Positions 10,331 through 22,578 are shown, counted from the whole stretch's first letter. The stretch: 63,048 nucleotides of DNA, filler included, from Octopus bimaculoides (GCF_001194135.2; 3 parts of 3 records of this genome joined end to end with filler, not necessarily neighbours in it); one strand, 5' to 3'. A program made the numbers and translations. Notes: a model not told the origin generated them from the letters alone.

Positions 10331-11215
10331 CTCGATGTCGTATCTAGTAATACTTACAAAATACAATAGCAACCAAACCACCACATTGGAAGCAGATGGG
10401 TCTCTCTCTTCCACAAGCTCCATTTACTTTGTGATCGGCACTTCTGTATGCAACTCTCTGCCTCCATATGTATTCACATTGTTTTCAATTAATCATGCAG
10501 TATCTTGTAGCTCTGGGGTTTTGATGGTGTGATTGTTTATGTTTTGAATGACATTGTAGGATAGGTATATGAGACCATATCTTGACAGTTTGAATATAAA
10601 ACAGTTAGAATGTTTGGGTCATACATGGCCAGTTTAAATGCTAACGGTTGCAGGGTTGCCTATTAATGTGTCTACTTGTATTTATTTTATTATTTCTTGT
10701 TAATTATCCAAATTCCAGAAACCTGTCATTCATCTGGTTTTCCGTATCTTATTAACTCTGACTTACTTTCCAAGACAATATTGAGGGTGTAGTGACAGAC
10801 AACCAAATATATAAATGCCAGAAAGCAAAGAGGCTACATTAATATCTTTCTATATTGAGAAGATGGCTGAGGCAGATTGATTCAGCATCAGGTATCATTT
10901 TCTTCTAAAACATTTTTGTGCTTTAACTAATAAATACCTCCAACAAAAGCAAGCATTATGAATGGGCCCTTTCATAATAAATTGCAGAATATTCTAAGTA
11001 CAATCCCTTAAATCTATTACTGGCTTCAGCCATTGAACTGCTTCGGAGGTTTTTAAGTCATATTAGCCCAGTATTTATATTATCGATCTATATTTATCAA
11101 ATGGATAAGTTATCTTCTGGCATTAAGGAACACACTGTTTTTTCACTGGACTCTGCATGGCTTATATCTACCAATTTCTACTCAGAAGGCATTGATCAAC
11201 AGAGAACCAAACAAC

Positions 11216-11278
<63 letters not shown>

Positions 11279-11289
11279 ATGTGTGTGTA

Positions 11290-11555
11290 GGTGCAGGCAT
11301 AGCTGTTTAATTACAAAGTTACTTCCCAACCACATGGTTCCGGGTGCAGTCCCACTGTGTGGCAAATTGGGCAAGTGTCTTCTACTATAGCCTTGGGTCG
11401 ACCAAAGCCTTGAGTGGATTTGGCAGATGGAAACTGAAAGAATCCTATCGTATATATACATATATATGTGTGTGTGTGTCTGTGTTTCCCCCCCCCCCCA
11501 CACCACTTGACAACCAGTGTTGGTGTATTTACATCCCCATAACTTAGAGGTTTGG
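11290..11555 (+). mobile_element. Family-1 SINE
   Basis: Head, CORE-like domain, internal (TA)/(GT) and partial tail. Confidence 0.85.
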
Positions 11556-11828
11556 CAAAAAAGACATGATTTCGGGTTTGGTCCCTTGACACCTTGGCCA
11601 AGTGCCTTCTTTACTATGAACCAATCACTAGTTCATTGCATTTTTTTATGTGTGTGTGTGACAAGATGTGTCTGCTCTCAGCTAAGCCTCTGAAAGCCTC
11701 TATTTTGACATCACATATCAAAACGGGGCTAACAGAAAGGAACTTTCATTTACGTCATGCAAAAAAAACCCATTCCCATAATTGTGGAGTTAAGAAGCCT
11801 GATGACATATTTTTCTCTGTTTTTTTAG

Positions 11829-11927
11829 GTGATTGAGTTGGATCTTGACCAGTTGCCTGATGGTGAAGAAGTATTGAATATTCTTCGACAAGAAATTGCC
11901 CCATTAAACATTTGGGTCAATTTAGCT
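11829..11927 (+). CDS. CTR9: CTR9 coding exon 2
   Basis: [33 protein letters not shown]; AG at 11827-11828, GTAAGT at 11928; phase 0/0. Confidence 0.97.
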
Positions 11928-12121
11928 GTAAGTATATTGTTTAACCTTTTTTCTTACTAACCCACCTCAGACCTCCACTGGTTCTGGGACACAAACCTCA
12001 TGTTTTTAAAGGGGTCTAAATTAAAATCTTACTTCAAAATTTCATATTAATCTAAGTTCCAAGCACCAGTGTAATGACAATTATTTTACTAAATTCTTAA
12101 TTATTGTAATAATTAATTGAA

Positions 12122-12475
12122 ACAGGCATGGCTGTATGGTAAGAAGCTTGCTTCCTAACCACATGGTTCAAGGTTTGGTCCCACTGTGTAGCATGTTGGG
12201 CAAGTGTCCTTTACTATGACCTTAGGCTGACCAAAGCTTTGAGAGTGGACTTGGTAGACAGAAACTGAAAGAAGCCTGTCATGTGTATATATATATATTT
12301 GTGTCTGTGTTTATGTCCTCGTAACTTAGCGGTTCAGCAAAAGAAATCCAAAGAATAAATACTAGGCTTACAAAATATAAGTCCTGGGGTCAGTTTCTTG
12401 GACTAAATACCCTTTAAGTCGGTACTCCAGCATGGCCACAGTCTAATAATGACTGAAACAAATGAATGAATAAAG
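12122..12475 (+). mobile_element. Family-1 SINE, near full length
   Basis: Head to tail CTCCAGCATGGCCACAGTC..TGACTGAAACAAATGAATG. Confidence 0.85.
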
Positions 12476-13189
12476 GGATTACATTTCAGCAGAAATATAG
12501 TGATGGAAAGGTTGATAAAATTAGATCAGCTACTTTTGAAAATAATGATGAATTTAGTAAAATATCGTTGTCATTGTGGTTACCTCTATTTCCAGATCTT
12601 TATTATTTGGATAATTATCCATTTCTTTTAGAGAGAGATATTTGATTAGAAGATATTTTCTTTCCAGATAGGTCTTGGCAACAATATCTGGCCAGTTAAT
12701 CTTGACCTCTGTGTGGTTGTCATGTATGGTCACTTCTTTGTTCTCTGAGACATTTTCTGGTGTATGGCACTTCTTTTCTGTCAGTATTTCATATTGCTGG
12801 CATAACTCCCTATTATCATTATTAATATTATTAGTAAAAATAATTATAAGGGAGTGTGGAGTGGAAGAAACATTGAGAAATTACTTTGCTGTATTTAGTT
12901 ATGCAATTTTCCATAGCTGAGGCAAATGTTGAAATTAATAAACCTGTTAGACCTAATCCAATGCAGAAGAAAAGATAAATAAGCAAAATGCTTTATTTCA
13001 GAAAAGGGAAACTAAATAAATGTCAAAGCCATATTTTTGGTAATTGGTAAATGTTAAGATTTGCAAACTTGTCAAATCAAAAACTCATGTCGAATAAAGA
13101 GAAAAAGAAAATGAATGCACACTGCTGTTATTCAAAAGCTTTGTTTTGCTTACTATAAACTTTTGATATTGAATTTTTTTTTGTTATAG

Positions 13190-13429
13190 CTGGAATATTA
13201 CAAACAAGGTTTTATCGAAGACTTTGTCAAGATACTTGAAGCTTCTCGTGCCGATGCCAGTTATGACTATCCAAATTATGAAAAAGACCAGATGCGAGCA
13301 CTGGACACCCTTGCTGCGTACTATGTGCAGCAGGCACATAAGGAGAAGAACAAAGAGAAAAAGAGGGACCTGTTCACCCAGGCCACCCTCTTGTACACCA
13401 CTGCTGACAAAGTCATCATGTACGATCAG
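13190..13429 (+). CDS. CTR9: CTR9 coding exon 3
   Basis: [80 protein letters not shown]; AG/GT flanks; phase 0/0. Confidence 0.97.
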
Positions 13430-13545
13430 GTAAGTTTATTCATTGTTGCTGTCATTTAGTTTCAGGTAAGCTCTGATTTGGAGATATATAGCATGGCCAG
13501 GTAGTTATCTAAATGACTAGGTGCAACCCAAATATCTATTGTTAC

Positions 13546-13881
13546 GCGTAGGAGTGGCTGTGTGGTAAGTAGCTTGCTTACCAACCACATGGTTCTGGGT
13601 TCAGTCCCACTGAGTGGCACCTTGGGCAAGTGTCTTCTACTATAGTCTCGGGCCGACCAAAGCCTTGTGAGTGGATTTGGTAGGCAGAAACTGANNNNNN
13701 NNNNAACATCGCTTGACAACCGATGCTGGTGTGTTTACGTCCCCGTAACTTAGCGGTTTGGCAAAAGAGACCGATAGAATAAGTACTAGGCTTACAAAGA
13801 ATAAGTCCTGGGGTCGATTTGCTTGACTAAAGGCAGTGCTCCAGCATGGCCACAGTCAAATGACTGAAACGAGTAAAAGAG
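13546..13881 (+). mobile_element. Family-1 SINE, near-consensus copy (small gap inside)
   Basis: GCGTAGGAGTGGCTGTGTGGTAAGTAGC.. to ..TGACTGAAACGAGTAAAAGAG. Confidence 0.9.
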
Positions 13882-14328
13882 TGTGTGTCTGTGTCCCCTT
13901 GCTTTGACATTGCATGGTAGATGTAAATGATTTGTCACTGTCATACAACTAGTGTCGTTTCCAGTATTCTGTGGGGACATGTCTGGCTGCAATGTTACAT
14001 TGCTCGGAAACAGGCAAGGGTTGATGACAGGAAGGGCATCCAGCCATAGAAAATCTGCCCCAAACTCCAACCGACCCATGCAAGCATGGAAAAAGTGGAC
14101 GTTAAAATGACGATGATTCAGTACTTCTGTCTCTGGCTGATGTGTGGTGGTCCTGTGGTTGCTACAAACAGGACCACCACTTTGTTGGTGTTGTTGCTTA
14201 GGGGCTACAACACAACCCCTAACCTTTAACATACATGTTGTTGTTTAGTCCACGGGTCTAAGATAATCCACCAATGACTATCTGCGATTATTTATCTTTC
14301 AGTTTAGTGTAGACGATACCTCAGTAAA

Positions 14329-14487
14329 CATCTTAAGACCATTTACCCTTTTACCATCTTAAGACCATTTACCCTTTTACCATCTTAAGACCATTTACCC
14401 TTTTACCATCTTAAGACCATTTACCCTTTTACCATCTTAAGACCATTTACCCTTTTACCATCTTAAGACCATTTGCCCTTTTACCAT
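14329..14487. repeat. 26-bp minisatellite (CATCTTAAGACCATTTACCCTTTTAC)n running into a gap
   Basis: About 6 nearly perfect copies with period 26 before the gap at 14488. Confidence 0.95.
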
Positions 14488-15393
14488 NNNNNNNNNNNNN
14501 NNNNNNNNNNNNNNNNNNNNNNNNNNNNNNNNNNNNNNNNNNNNNNNNNNNNNNNNNNNNNNNNNNNNNNNNNNNNNNNNNNNNNNNNNNNNNNNNNNNN
14601 NNNNNNNNNNNNNNNNNNNNNNNNNNNNNNNNNNNNNNNNNNNNNNNNNNNNNNNNNNNNNNNNNNNNNNNNNNNNNNNNNNNNNNNNNNNNNNNNNNNN
14701 NNNNNNNNNNNNNNNNNNNNNNNNNNNNNNNNNNNNNNNNNNNNNNNNNNNNNNNNNNNNNNNNNNNNNNNNNNNNNNNNNNNNNNNNNNNNNNNNNNNN
14801 NNNNNNNNNNNNNNNNNNNNNNNNNNNNNNNNNNNNNNNNNNNNNNNNNNNNNNNNNNNNNNNNNNNNNNNNNNNNNNNNNNNNNNNNNNNNNNNNNNNN
14901 NNNNNNNNNNNNNNNNNNNNNNNNNNNNNNNNNNNNNNNNNNNNNNNNNNNNNNNNNNNNNNNNNNNNNNNNNNNNNNNNNNNNNNNNNNNNNNNNNNNN
15001 NNNNNNNNNNNNNNNNNNNNNNNNNNNNNNNNNNNNNNNNNNNNNNNNNNNNNNNNNNNNNNNNNNNNNNNNNNNNNNNNNNNNNNNNNNNNNNNNNNNN
15101 NNNNNNNNNNNNNNNNNNNNNNNNNNNNNNNNNNNNNNNNNNNNNNNNNNNNNNNNNNNNNNNNNNNNNNNNNNNNNNNNNNNNNNNNNNNNNNNNNNNN
15201 NNNNNNNNNNNNNNNNNNNNNNNNNNNNNNNNNNNNNNNNNNNNNNNNNNNNNNNNNNNNNNNNNNNNNNNNNNNNNNNNNNNNNNNNNNNNNNNNNNNN
15301 NNNNNNNNNNNNNNNNNNNNNNNNNNNNNNNNNNNNNNNNNNNNNNNNNNNNNNNNNNNNNNNNNNNNNNNNNNTTTTTCTTTAATTTTCTAG

Positions 15394-15555
<162 letters not shown>

Positions 15556-16070
15556 TAGTGGTGGTGATGGGGGAAGAAAACCAGACCTCTAGGTTCACTT
15601 AACTCCATCAAGTTCAAACAAATGAAACAAACACCTGAGATGATATCCTAAGAAATCAGAGCCATCCAGTTGATTGGCAAAGATTCATTCAGCAACATGC
15701 TACAACCACTAACACCACATGCATGTGCGCATGCACGCACACACACACACTCTTCAACCACTGCTTGTTGCAACATGGCTAGATTTACTTAAGTGGTATC
15801 ATCTCATCAGGTTCAAATAAGCAAAATGTTCTAGACCACATCCCAAAAAGTATGGATCATCTGGTTTATCTACTTACCAACATACACGCATAGGTAGAGA
15901 TATTTTTGTCACTACTTGTGAGTGAAGCAACAGACTTCTATGTTCAGTTAACAAGCATCACCCCCATCAGATTAACACACGAATCCCCGAAGACCACATA
16001 TCAAAAATGTGGACTATTCAGCTGATTGGCAAAGATGTGCTTGGCAACCATTAACTCACACTGACATAAA

Positions 16071-16880
16071 TCACATCTTAACTCACGCAGACAGACATCA
16101 CATCTTAACTCGTGCAGACAGACATCACATCTTAACTCGCGCAGACAGACATCACATCTCAACTCGCACAGACAGACATCACATCTTAACTCTCGCACAC
16201 ACACCGTCACATCTTAACTCTTGCGCACACAGACCGTCACATCTTAACTCTCGCACGCACACCGTCACATCTTAACTCTTGCACACAGACCGTCACATCT
16301 TAACTCACACAGACAGACATCACATCTGAACTCTTGCACACAGACCGTCACATCTNNNNNNNNNNNNNNNNNNNNNNNNNNNNNNNNNNNNNNNNNNNNN
16401 NNNNNNNNNNNNNNNNNNNNNNNNNNNNNNNNNNNNNNNNNNNNNNNNNNNNNNNNNNNNNNNNNNNNNNNNNNNNNNNNNNNNNNNNNNNNNTCACATC
16501 TCAACTCGCACAGACAGACATCACATCTTAACTCTCGCACACACACCGTCACATCTTAACTCTCGCACACAGACCGTCACATCTTAACTCTCGCACGCAC
16601 ACCGTCACATCTTAACTCTTGCACACAGACCGTCACATCTTAACTCACACAGACAGACATCACATCTGAACTCTTGCACACAGACCGTCACATCTGAACT
16701 CTTGCACACAGACCGTCACATCTTAACTCTTGCAGACAGACGTCACAGCTCAACTCGCGCACACAGACGTCACATCTCAACTCGCGCACACAGATGTCAC
16801 ATCTCAACTCGCACAGGCAGATGTCACATCCTAACTCATGCAGACAGACATCACATCTTAACTCGTGCACACAGACACCA
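16071..16880. repeat. About 27-bp minisatellite (TCACATCTTAACTCNNGCACACAGACN)n with higher-order structure
   Basis: About 25 visible units, interrupted by the gap at 16356-16493. Confidence 0.95.
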
Positions 16881-17149
16881 TATCTCATGTGTATCCACCT
16901 GAGTGACAAGGTGCCTTGCTTAAGTAAAACAAAGCACCCCCCCCCCAGTTCAGGAAGCAAACCCATAACACTGGGATCATAAACCCAACACCTTAACCCC
17001 TAAGCCACTATGCCTCTACCACTACTACAACAAACTGCTGTAGTGGTGGTGATGGTAGACATTCCTCTAAACTTAGAAACAGTTGTACTCATTTTCATCT
17101 TCATATCAGTCCAAATGTAAACTGTTATTCCACTCCTCTTCTTTTCTAG

Positions 17150-17328
17150 TCAAGCAACAACATTCCGTCTCTCCTCGGTAAAGGGTGTATTGCTTTCAAC
17201 AAGAAAGACTACCGTGGAGCTCTTGCCTACTACAAAAAAGCCCTAAGAACCAACCCCAGTTGCCCCGCTTCTGTGAGACTGGGTATGGGACATTGCTTTG
17301 TAAAACTTGGCAAGCTTGAAAAGGCAAA
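17150..17328 (+). CDS. CTR9: CTR9 coding exon 5 (TPR repeats)
   Basis: [59 protein letters not shown] plus AA; ends in phase 2 at GTAAGT. Confidence 0.97.
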
Positions 17329-17951
17329 GTAAGTCTAGTTTTTCTTTTCTTTGTTTGTTTTTTATATTATTCTTTTACGGGAGAATTTGACTTTGGTAAG
17401 GATCATTCAATTCAAATACTGTTGGGATTCGTTCAGTTGAATATTTTCCTTTCTCACCACAGCATGGCTATGTGGTTTAGAGGTTGTCTTCGCAACCACA
17501 AGGCTTCATGTTCAATCTCATTGCACAGCACCATAGCCAAGTCTCTTCTACCTTATCCTCAGGCTCGTCGGAGTCTATTATCGGAGGAATTTGGTAGATA
17601 GAAACTGCTTGGAGACTTCTCATATTTGTTCAGGTGTTTTAGCACCTGGTACTTTGAGGGAGTCCCCCGCCGCCACCATGCTAAATCGCAGCCTATCAAC
17701 AAACAAACAAACAAATCACTTACATTCAGTATGTGTGCTGAATGTTTATAACACTATAACTGCTCTTAATTCATGTCTCAATATAATGATAATAATAATG
17801 GACTCTCCCTTCGTTAGATGACGTATGAGGGTTCGACAATTTCTTACCAAACAACCACACAAATGATTTGTTTGTAGTGATCAAATGTTTGTATAGACAT
17901 AAGCTCACTCCCTCCATCATTTTGACATTACCTGTTTCAATATATATATAT

Positions 17952-18032
17952 ATCAATTTAAATAAGAGCTAAAAGATGATCCATTGTAAAAACTCTATTA
18001 TGGATCATCTTTTAGCTCTTATTTAAATTGAT
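17952..18032. repeat. Perfect 33-bp inverted repeat with a 15-nt loop
   Basis: ATCAATTTAAATAAGAGCTAAAAGATGATCCAT (17952-17984) pairs fully with 18000-18032. Confidence 0.95.
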
Positions 18033-18262
18033 GTACATACAAAAACTCACATCTGAGAATTTTGCTACGTTTGATAACATACAATATTTTACCAAATTTG
18101 GGTATAAATCTATGACTGCATATATATATCTGTGTATGTTTGTTTTTATATTGAATTATAATAAAAACAATTTTACATTAAACTGAAGGATTACTCAATA
18201 CTTTTTGTAGAGGACGTATTATTATTATACATTTACAAAGAATATTGGTGGCAGTGACTTTG

Positions 18263-18322
18263 AAGACCTACACAGGTTTCAACTGCAATTGCAGCCCTAC
18301 AGTGCAGTTTCTTCAGGGTCTT
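18263..18322 (-). ncRNA. Type I minimal hammerhead ribozyme motif with intact catalytic core
   Basis: Minus strand: AAGACC CUGAAGA AACUGCA-(15 nt)-UGCAGUU GAAA C-CUGU-G UA GGUCUU; stem I 6 bp, stem II 7 bp, short stem III, GUA cleavage triplet. Confidence 0.8.
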
Positions 18323-18795
18323 TAATATCCTTCAATTTAACTGTTTAAAGTTTTTCATTTATTTACTCTGCGTTGTATGATGTAGAGTTGTTCATTAAGT
18401 TAGACGCGAACTATCTTCAATTCAGGTTTATTGTTTAAATGTTTATTATTCATTTATACTGGGCAAATGTGAATTTCCTCATGTGCAAGCATCTCAAAGC
18501 TTGTTCTTGTTTAGAATTTATTCCATTACCCTTGGATGTAAAAATTTGATAAAATTCTTCTAAACACAGGTCACATTTTTTAGTTGCCAAATCAGATTGG
18601 AGCCTGGTGTTGCCATCCGGTTTCACCAGTCCTCAGTCAAATCGTCCAACCCATGCTAGCATGGAAAGCGGACGTTAAACGATGATGATGTTTCCGTCTA
18701 CCGTAGCCACTCACAAGGCTTTGGTCAGCGCTGGGCTATATAGTATACATGGTGGGACTGAACCCAGAACCAAATCTTAAGGAAAGCAAACTTCT

Positions 18796-18960
18796 AATTT
18801 CTTTATTGCCCACAAGGGGCTACACACAGAGGGGACAGACAAGCGGATTAAGTCGATTACATCAATCCCAGTGTGTAACTGGTACTTGATTTATCAACCC
18901 CGAAAGGATGAAAGGCAAAGTCGACCTCGGCGTGCTAACAATTCTGCCAGCTCGCTGCCT
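18796..18960 (-). mobile_element. Family-2 SINE (tRNA head plus conserved TCGACTTTGCCTTTCATCCTTTCGGGGTCGATAAA domain) nested in a family-1 SINE
   Basis: Flanked by 10-bp TSD-like GCAAACTTCT (18786-18795) / GCGAACTTCT (18961-18970). Confidence 0.85.
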
Positions 18961-19097
18961 GCGAACTTCTTACCACACAGCTACACCTGAGCCTATAAAA
19001 TGTGTTCTAAAAATTTCTAAATAAATGATTAATTCTATGGATTTTTTAAACAATTTTAGAAATCCTTGTTTCTATTTATTGATCTCTTTGCATTTAG

Positions 19098-19293
19098 GAT
19101 GGCCTTTGAGCGTGCCCTTTTCCTCGACCCCCAGTGTGTCGGTGCCTTAGTTGGACTTGCTATCCTCAAAATGAATGCTAAAACTCAAGATTCAATTAAA
19201 ACAGGAGTGCAGTTATTGTCAAAAGCTTACACAATTGACTCAACCAATCCAATGGTTTTAAACCATTTGGCTAACCATTTCTTTTATAAAAAG
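19098..19293 (+). CDS. CTR9: CTR9 coding exon 6
   Basis: G completes the AAG codon from exon 5, then [65 protein letters not shown]; GTAAGT donor. Confidence 0.97.
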
Positions 19294-19434
19294 GTAAGTC
19301 CCACCTATCTGCTGTTTCTTTCCAAATACACTAAATATCGTTTGTTGCTCTTCTGCTTTGGCTCAACTCTAATCCAAGCGACATTCCAACTGTTACCATC
19401 TTGGTTTTTCGGGCATATCTTTTATCTTCTGCTT

Positions 19435-19785
19435 GTTTCAGTCATTTGACTGTGGCCATGTGGGAACACCGTTTTGAAGGGTTTAGACAAACAAATCGAC
19501 CCCCAGGACTTTTTTTTTTTAAAGCCTAGTACTTATTCTATCAGTATCTTTTACAGAACTGCTAAGTTACGGGGATGTAAACACACCAACACCAGTGGTC
19601 AAGCGATGGTGGAACACACACACACACCATGGGCTTCTTTGAGTTTCCTTCTACAAAATCCACTCACAAGGCTTTGGTCGAACCGAGGCTATTGTAAAAG
19701 ACACTTGCCCAAAGTGCCACACAGTGAGACTGAACCTGGAACCATGTGGTTGGGAAGCAAGCTTCTTACCACACAGCTATGTCTA
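19435..19785 (-). mobile_element. Family-1 SINE, near full length
   Basis: Reverse complement of the complete family-1 layout. Confidence 0.85.
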
Positions 19786-20164
19786 TAGTGTACAATGTTT
19801 CCAATTTTTTAAGATGGTAAGGTACAATTTGAGGCAAATTTGGCTGCTCTTTCTAACATATTGAGTAACCACATAGACTCCCTTGTTAACTCATCATCAT
19901 AACTTTGCCTTCTTTTCCATGCTTGTATGGGTTAGACAGGCATTTTTGAGGCTCTGTTTTACAAGTAACTGCCCCACCTGATCCCATCTCTTTTAATCAA
20001 CTCTTAATACATGCTGAAATACAGTGTACCAATTCTAAAATTTGGAATGCATACAGGTGCATAAAGTGGGATATGTATGGAGTAGCTCGTTAATTTATCT
20101 TTGCTGTCAGCTGGATGCCCTGCCCTGCTGATGACTGATAAATTTTAACAGGAAGAAGAAATAA

Positions 20165-20462
20165 AAAATGTGCCAGTGCCCCTGGACTGGCTCTTGTGCG
20201 GGTGGCACATAAAATACACCATTTTGAGCGTGGCCGTTGCCAGTACTGCCTGACTGGCCTTCGTGCCGGTGGCACGTAAAAGCACCCACTACACTCTCAG
20301 AGTGGTTGGCGTTAGGAAGGGCATCCAGCTGTAGAAACGCAGCCAGATCAGATTGGGGCCTGGTGCAGCCATCCGGTTTCACCAGTCCTCAGTCAAATCG
20401 TCCAACCCATGCTAACATGGAAAGTGGACATTAAACGACAATGATGATGATGATGATGATGA
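20165..20462 (+). mobile_element. Family-3 (RTE-tail) retroposon
   Basis: GGAAGGGCATCCAGCTGTAGAAA..CCAACCCATGCTAACATGGAAAGTGGACATTAAAC plus (GAT)n; other pieces at 3546-3710 (-), 13990-14118 (+) and 18582-18690 (+). Confidence 0.8.
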
Positions 20463-20663
20463 GAACTAGATGTTAAAAGGAATTGCATGAGTTGGAGAAG
20501 ATTTGCCAGGCATATGTTGATGGCCTATGACTCGCAAGACAGAAGGGCTAGAAGAGAACAGATGTTGACGACCTATGTTTCACAGGGGGGGGTTGAAGAG
20601 CAAAGAACAAGATCCTTGATTGCATTGAGTGTAAATTACTTTTTCCATTGTTCTATTTTGCAG

Positions 20664-20771
20664 GATTATCAGAAAGTGCAACATCTTGCCCTCCATGCCT
20701 TCCATAATACGGAGAATGAAGCAATGAGGGCAGAAAGCTGCTATCAGCTGGCGAGAGCTTTCCATGTCCAG
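20664..20771 (+). CDS. CTR9: CTR9 coding exon 7 (last exon found; gene incomplete in this window)
   Basis: [36 protein letters not shown]; CAG acceptor, GTAAGA donor; no stop codon. Confidence 0.97.
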
Positions 20772-20967
20772 GTAAGACATTCGTGGCGATCCTTCGATAC
20801 TAGTCCACCACAACTTCCGGTCGTTGCGCGCATGCATACTGATTACATGATCGTATAGTGTGTTTATGTGTTTAAAGTTTCAGTTCGGATGGCACCTTAC
20901 TCACTCGCACCTTGGCCACACGTTTGCCGCAGTACGAAGGCAAGAGCACCCATTCCTCTGTCCTTAT

Positions 20968-21067
20968 NNNNNNNNNNNNNNNNNNNNNNNNNNNNNNNNN
21001 NNNNNNNNNNNTTAATTAATTAANNNNNNNNNNNNNNNNNNNNNNNNNNNNNNNNNNNNNNNNNNNN
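20968..21067. other. Artificial scaffold-join spacer N44-TTAATTAATTAA-N44
   Basis: Exactly 44 N + a 12-nt six-frame-stop palindrome + 44 N = 100 bp; identical structure at 48549-48648. Confidence 0.92.
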
Positions 21068-21068
21068 C

Positions 21069-21245
21069 AATGCCCTGCCAAAACATTTGAGAGACCTGCA
21101 AAACACGGATGTGGAGGTCTTCAAGACAAAACTCGACGCTTTCCTCTCCACGATGCCAGACGAACCAATGGCTCGAAATGAGACACAGTTTCGGGCAGCG
21201 ATGTCAAATTCTCTTATACACCAGATGTGCCATCAAAATTCTTGA
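21069..21245 (+). mobile_element. C-terminal end of a CR1-like non-LTR retrotransposon ORF2
   Basis: NALPKHLRDLQNTDVEVFKTKLDAFLSTMPDEPMARNETQFRAAMSNSLIHQ*, resembling the N.LP..IR......FK..LD.FL..VPDEP....RAA.SNSL terminus of invertebrate CR1-group RTs. Confidence 0.7.
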
Positions 21246-21596
21246 TTGGACTATATCAGGCGCAGGAGAAGAGCCATGCAAGGAACGTGAAGAGAGCAAA
21301 GCATAAAGACAGAAAATCACGGTGGTGCTCCAGCATGACCACAGCCACTTGGCTGAAACCCATAAATAAATAAATAAATATATATGTATATATGTATATT
21401 ATATATATATACATATATATGTGTGTGTGAGTGTGTGTGTGTGTGTGTGTGTGCATGTGTGTGTGCGTGCGTGTGCGTAAATAACTATCTTGTCATTCAG
21501 TTATCAGTGCGTGTTGCTTTGAATTTAGTTGATTTGTTATGTATAGTAAATATATACATACAAATATAAACATACATATATACATACACGTCTATA

Positions 21597-21650
<54 letters not shown>

Positions 21651-21701
21651 GTATAAATATATGCATGTGTATGTATGTATATTTATGTCTATATACACAT
21701 A

Positions 21702-21742
<41 letters not shown>

Positions 21743-21939
21743 GTGTATGTAGACATAAATGTATTTGTTTATGATTGTATATGTACACAGACACAAATAC
21801 GTATAAAATTATGCCTTTGTGTGTATGAGTGTGTATGTGTGGGTTTGATTGATTGTGTTAGTGTATGTCCATATATATTTCACGTTAACCGTGTCATAGT
21901 GATAAATGTATCTATTCCCTTTTCATACACAATATAATG

Positions 21940-22014
<75 letters not shown>

Positions 22015-22528
22015 TGATGATGATGATGATGATGATAATAATAATAATAATGAAGCACGAATCGGGCTTGGACGGGATCATAACCGAAGCAACCATATTT
22101 AAATCAACAACAATACGAACAGCAACAACAAAATATGCCCTAAGCAATAATTTCAACTACAACACTAACACTAGTAATATTGCTGTTGCTGCTACTACTA
22201 CTACTATTACTGATATTTTGTCAGTTTACTATTGATATTCTATGTATTGCAATAATAAGAATACCAGTAACAATAAACAGCACCTACCACCTTAATAATA
22301 GAAGACATTAACTTGCTTTTTGTTCACCTCTTCTTTTTCTTTTTTCTTTCTTTTTCTTCTTCTTCTTTTTCTTTTTCTTTTTCTCTTATCTCTTAAAATT
22401 ATGTCGGTTTATAATGGGTTAGTGCTTATCACTGAAATATCATATCTTGTTGCAAGGCTGGTTATAAACATATATTGTAATATAACTTGCGAGTGAGTGA
22501 AAAGGAGAAAGGAAAGATGCGAAAGAAT

Positions 22529-22578
<50 letters not shown>

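Noticed and set aside
16190-16700. Long near-identical blocks either side of the 16356-16493 gap as a true higher-order duplication
   Set aside because: Cannot be separated from haplotype or overlap duplication at a gap without long reads
16001-16966. Cys-rich ELRCDVCL repeat ORFs as a metallothionein-like protein, or the 26/27-bp repeats as a CRISPR array
   Set aside because: Translation of an intronic minisatellite; the units are contiguous with no unique spacers, frames break, and there are no cas genes in this animal sequence
19066-20858. ORFs 19066-19449 and 20487-20858 as independent genes
   Set aside because: They are CTR9 exons 6 and 7 with read-through into introns
21012-21023. TTAATTAATTAA palindrome (also 48593-48604) as a biological site
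   Set aside because: Centred in exactly 44 N on each side both times and carries stops in all six frames; an assembly linker
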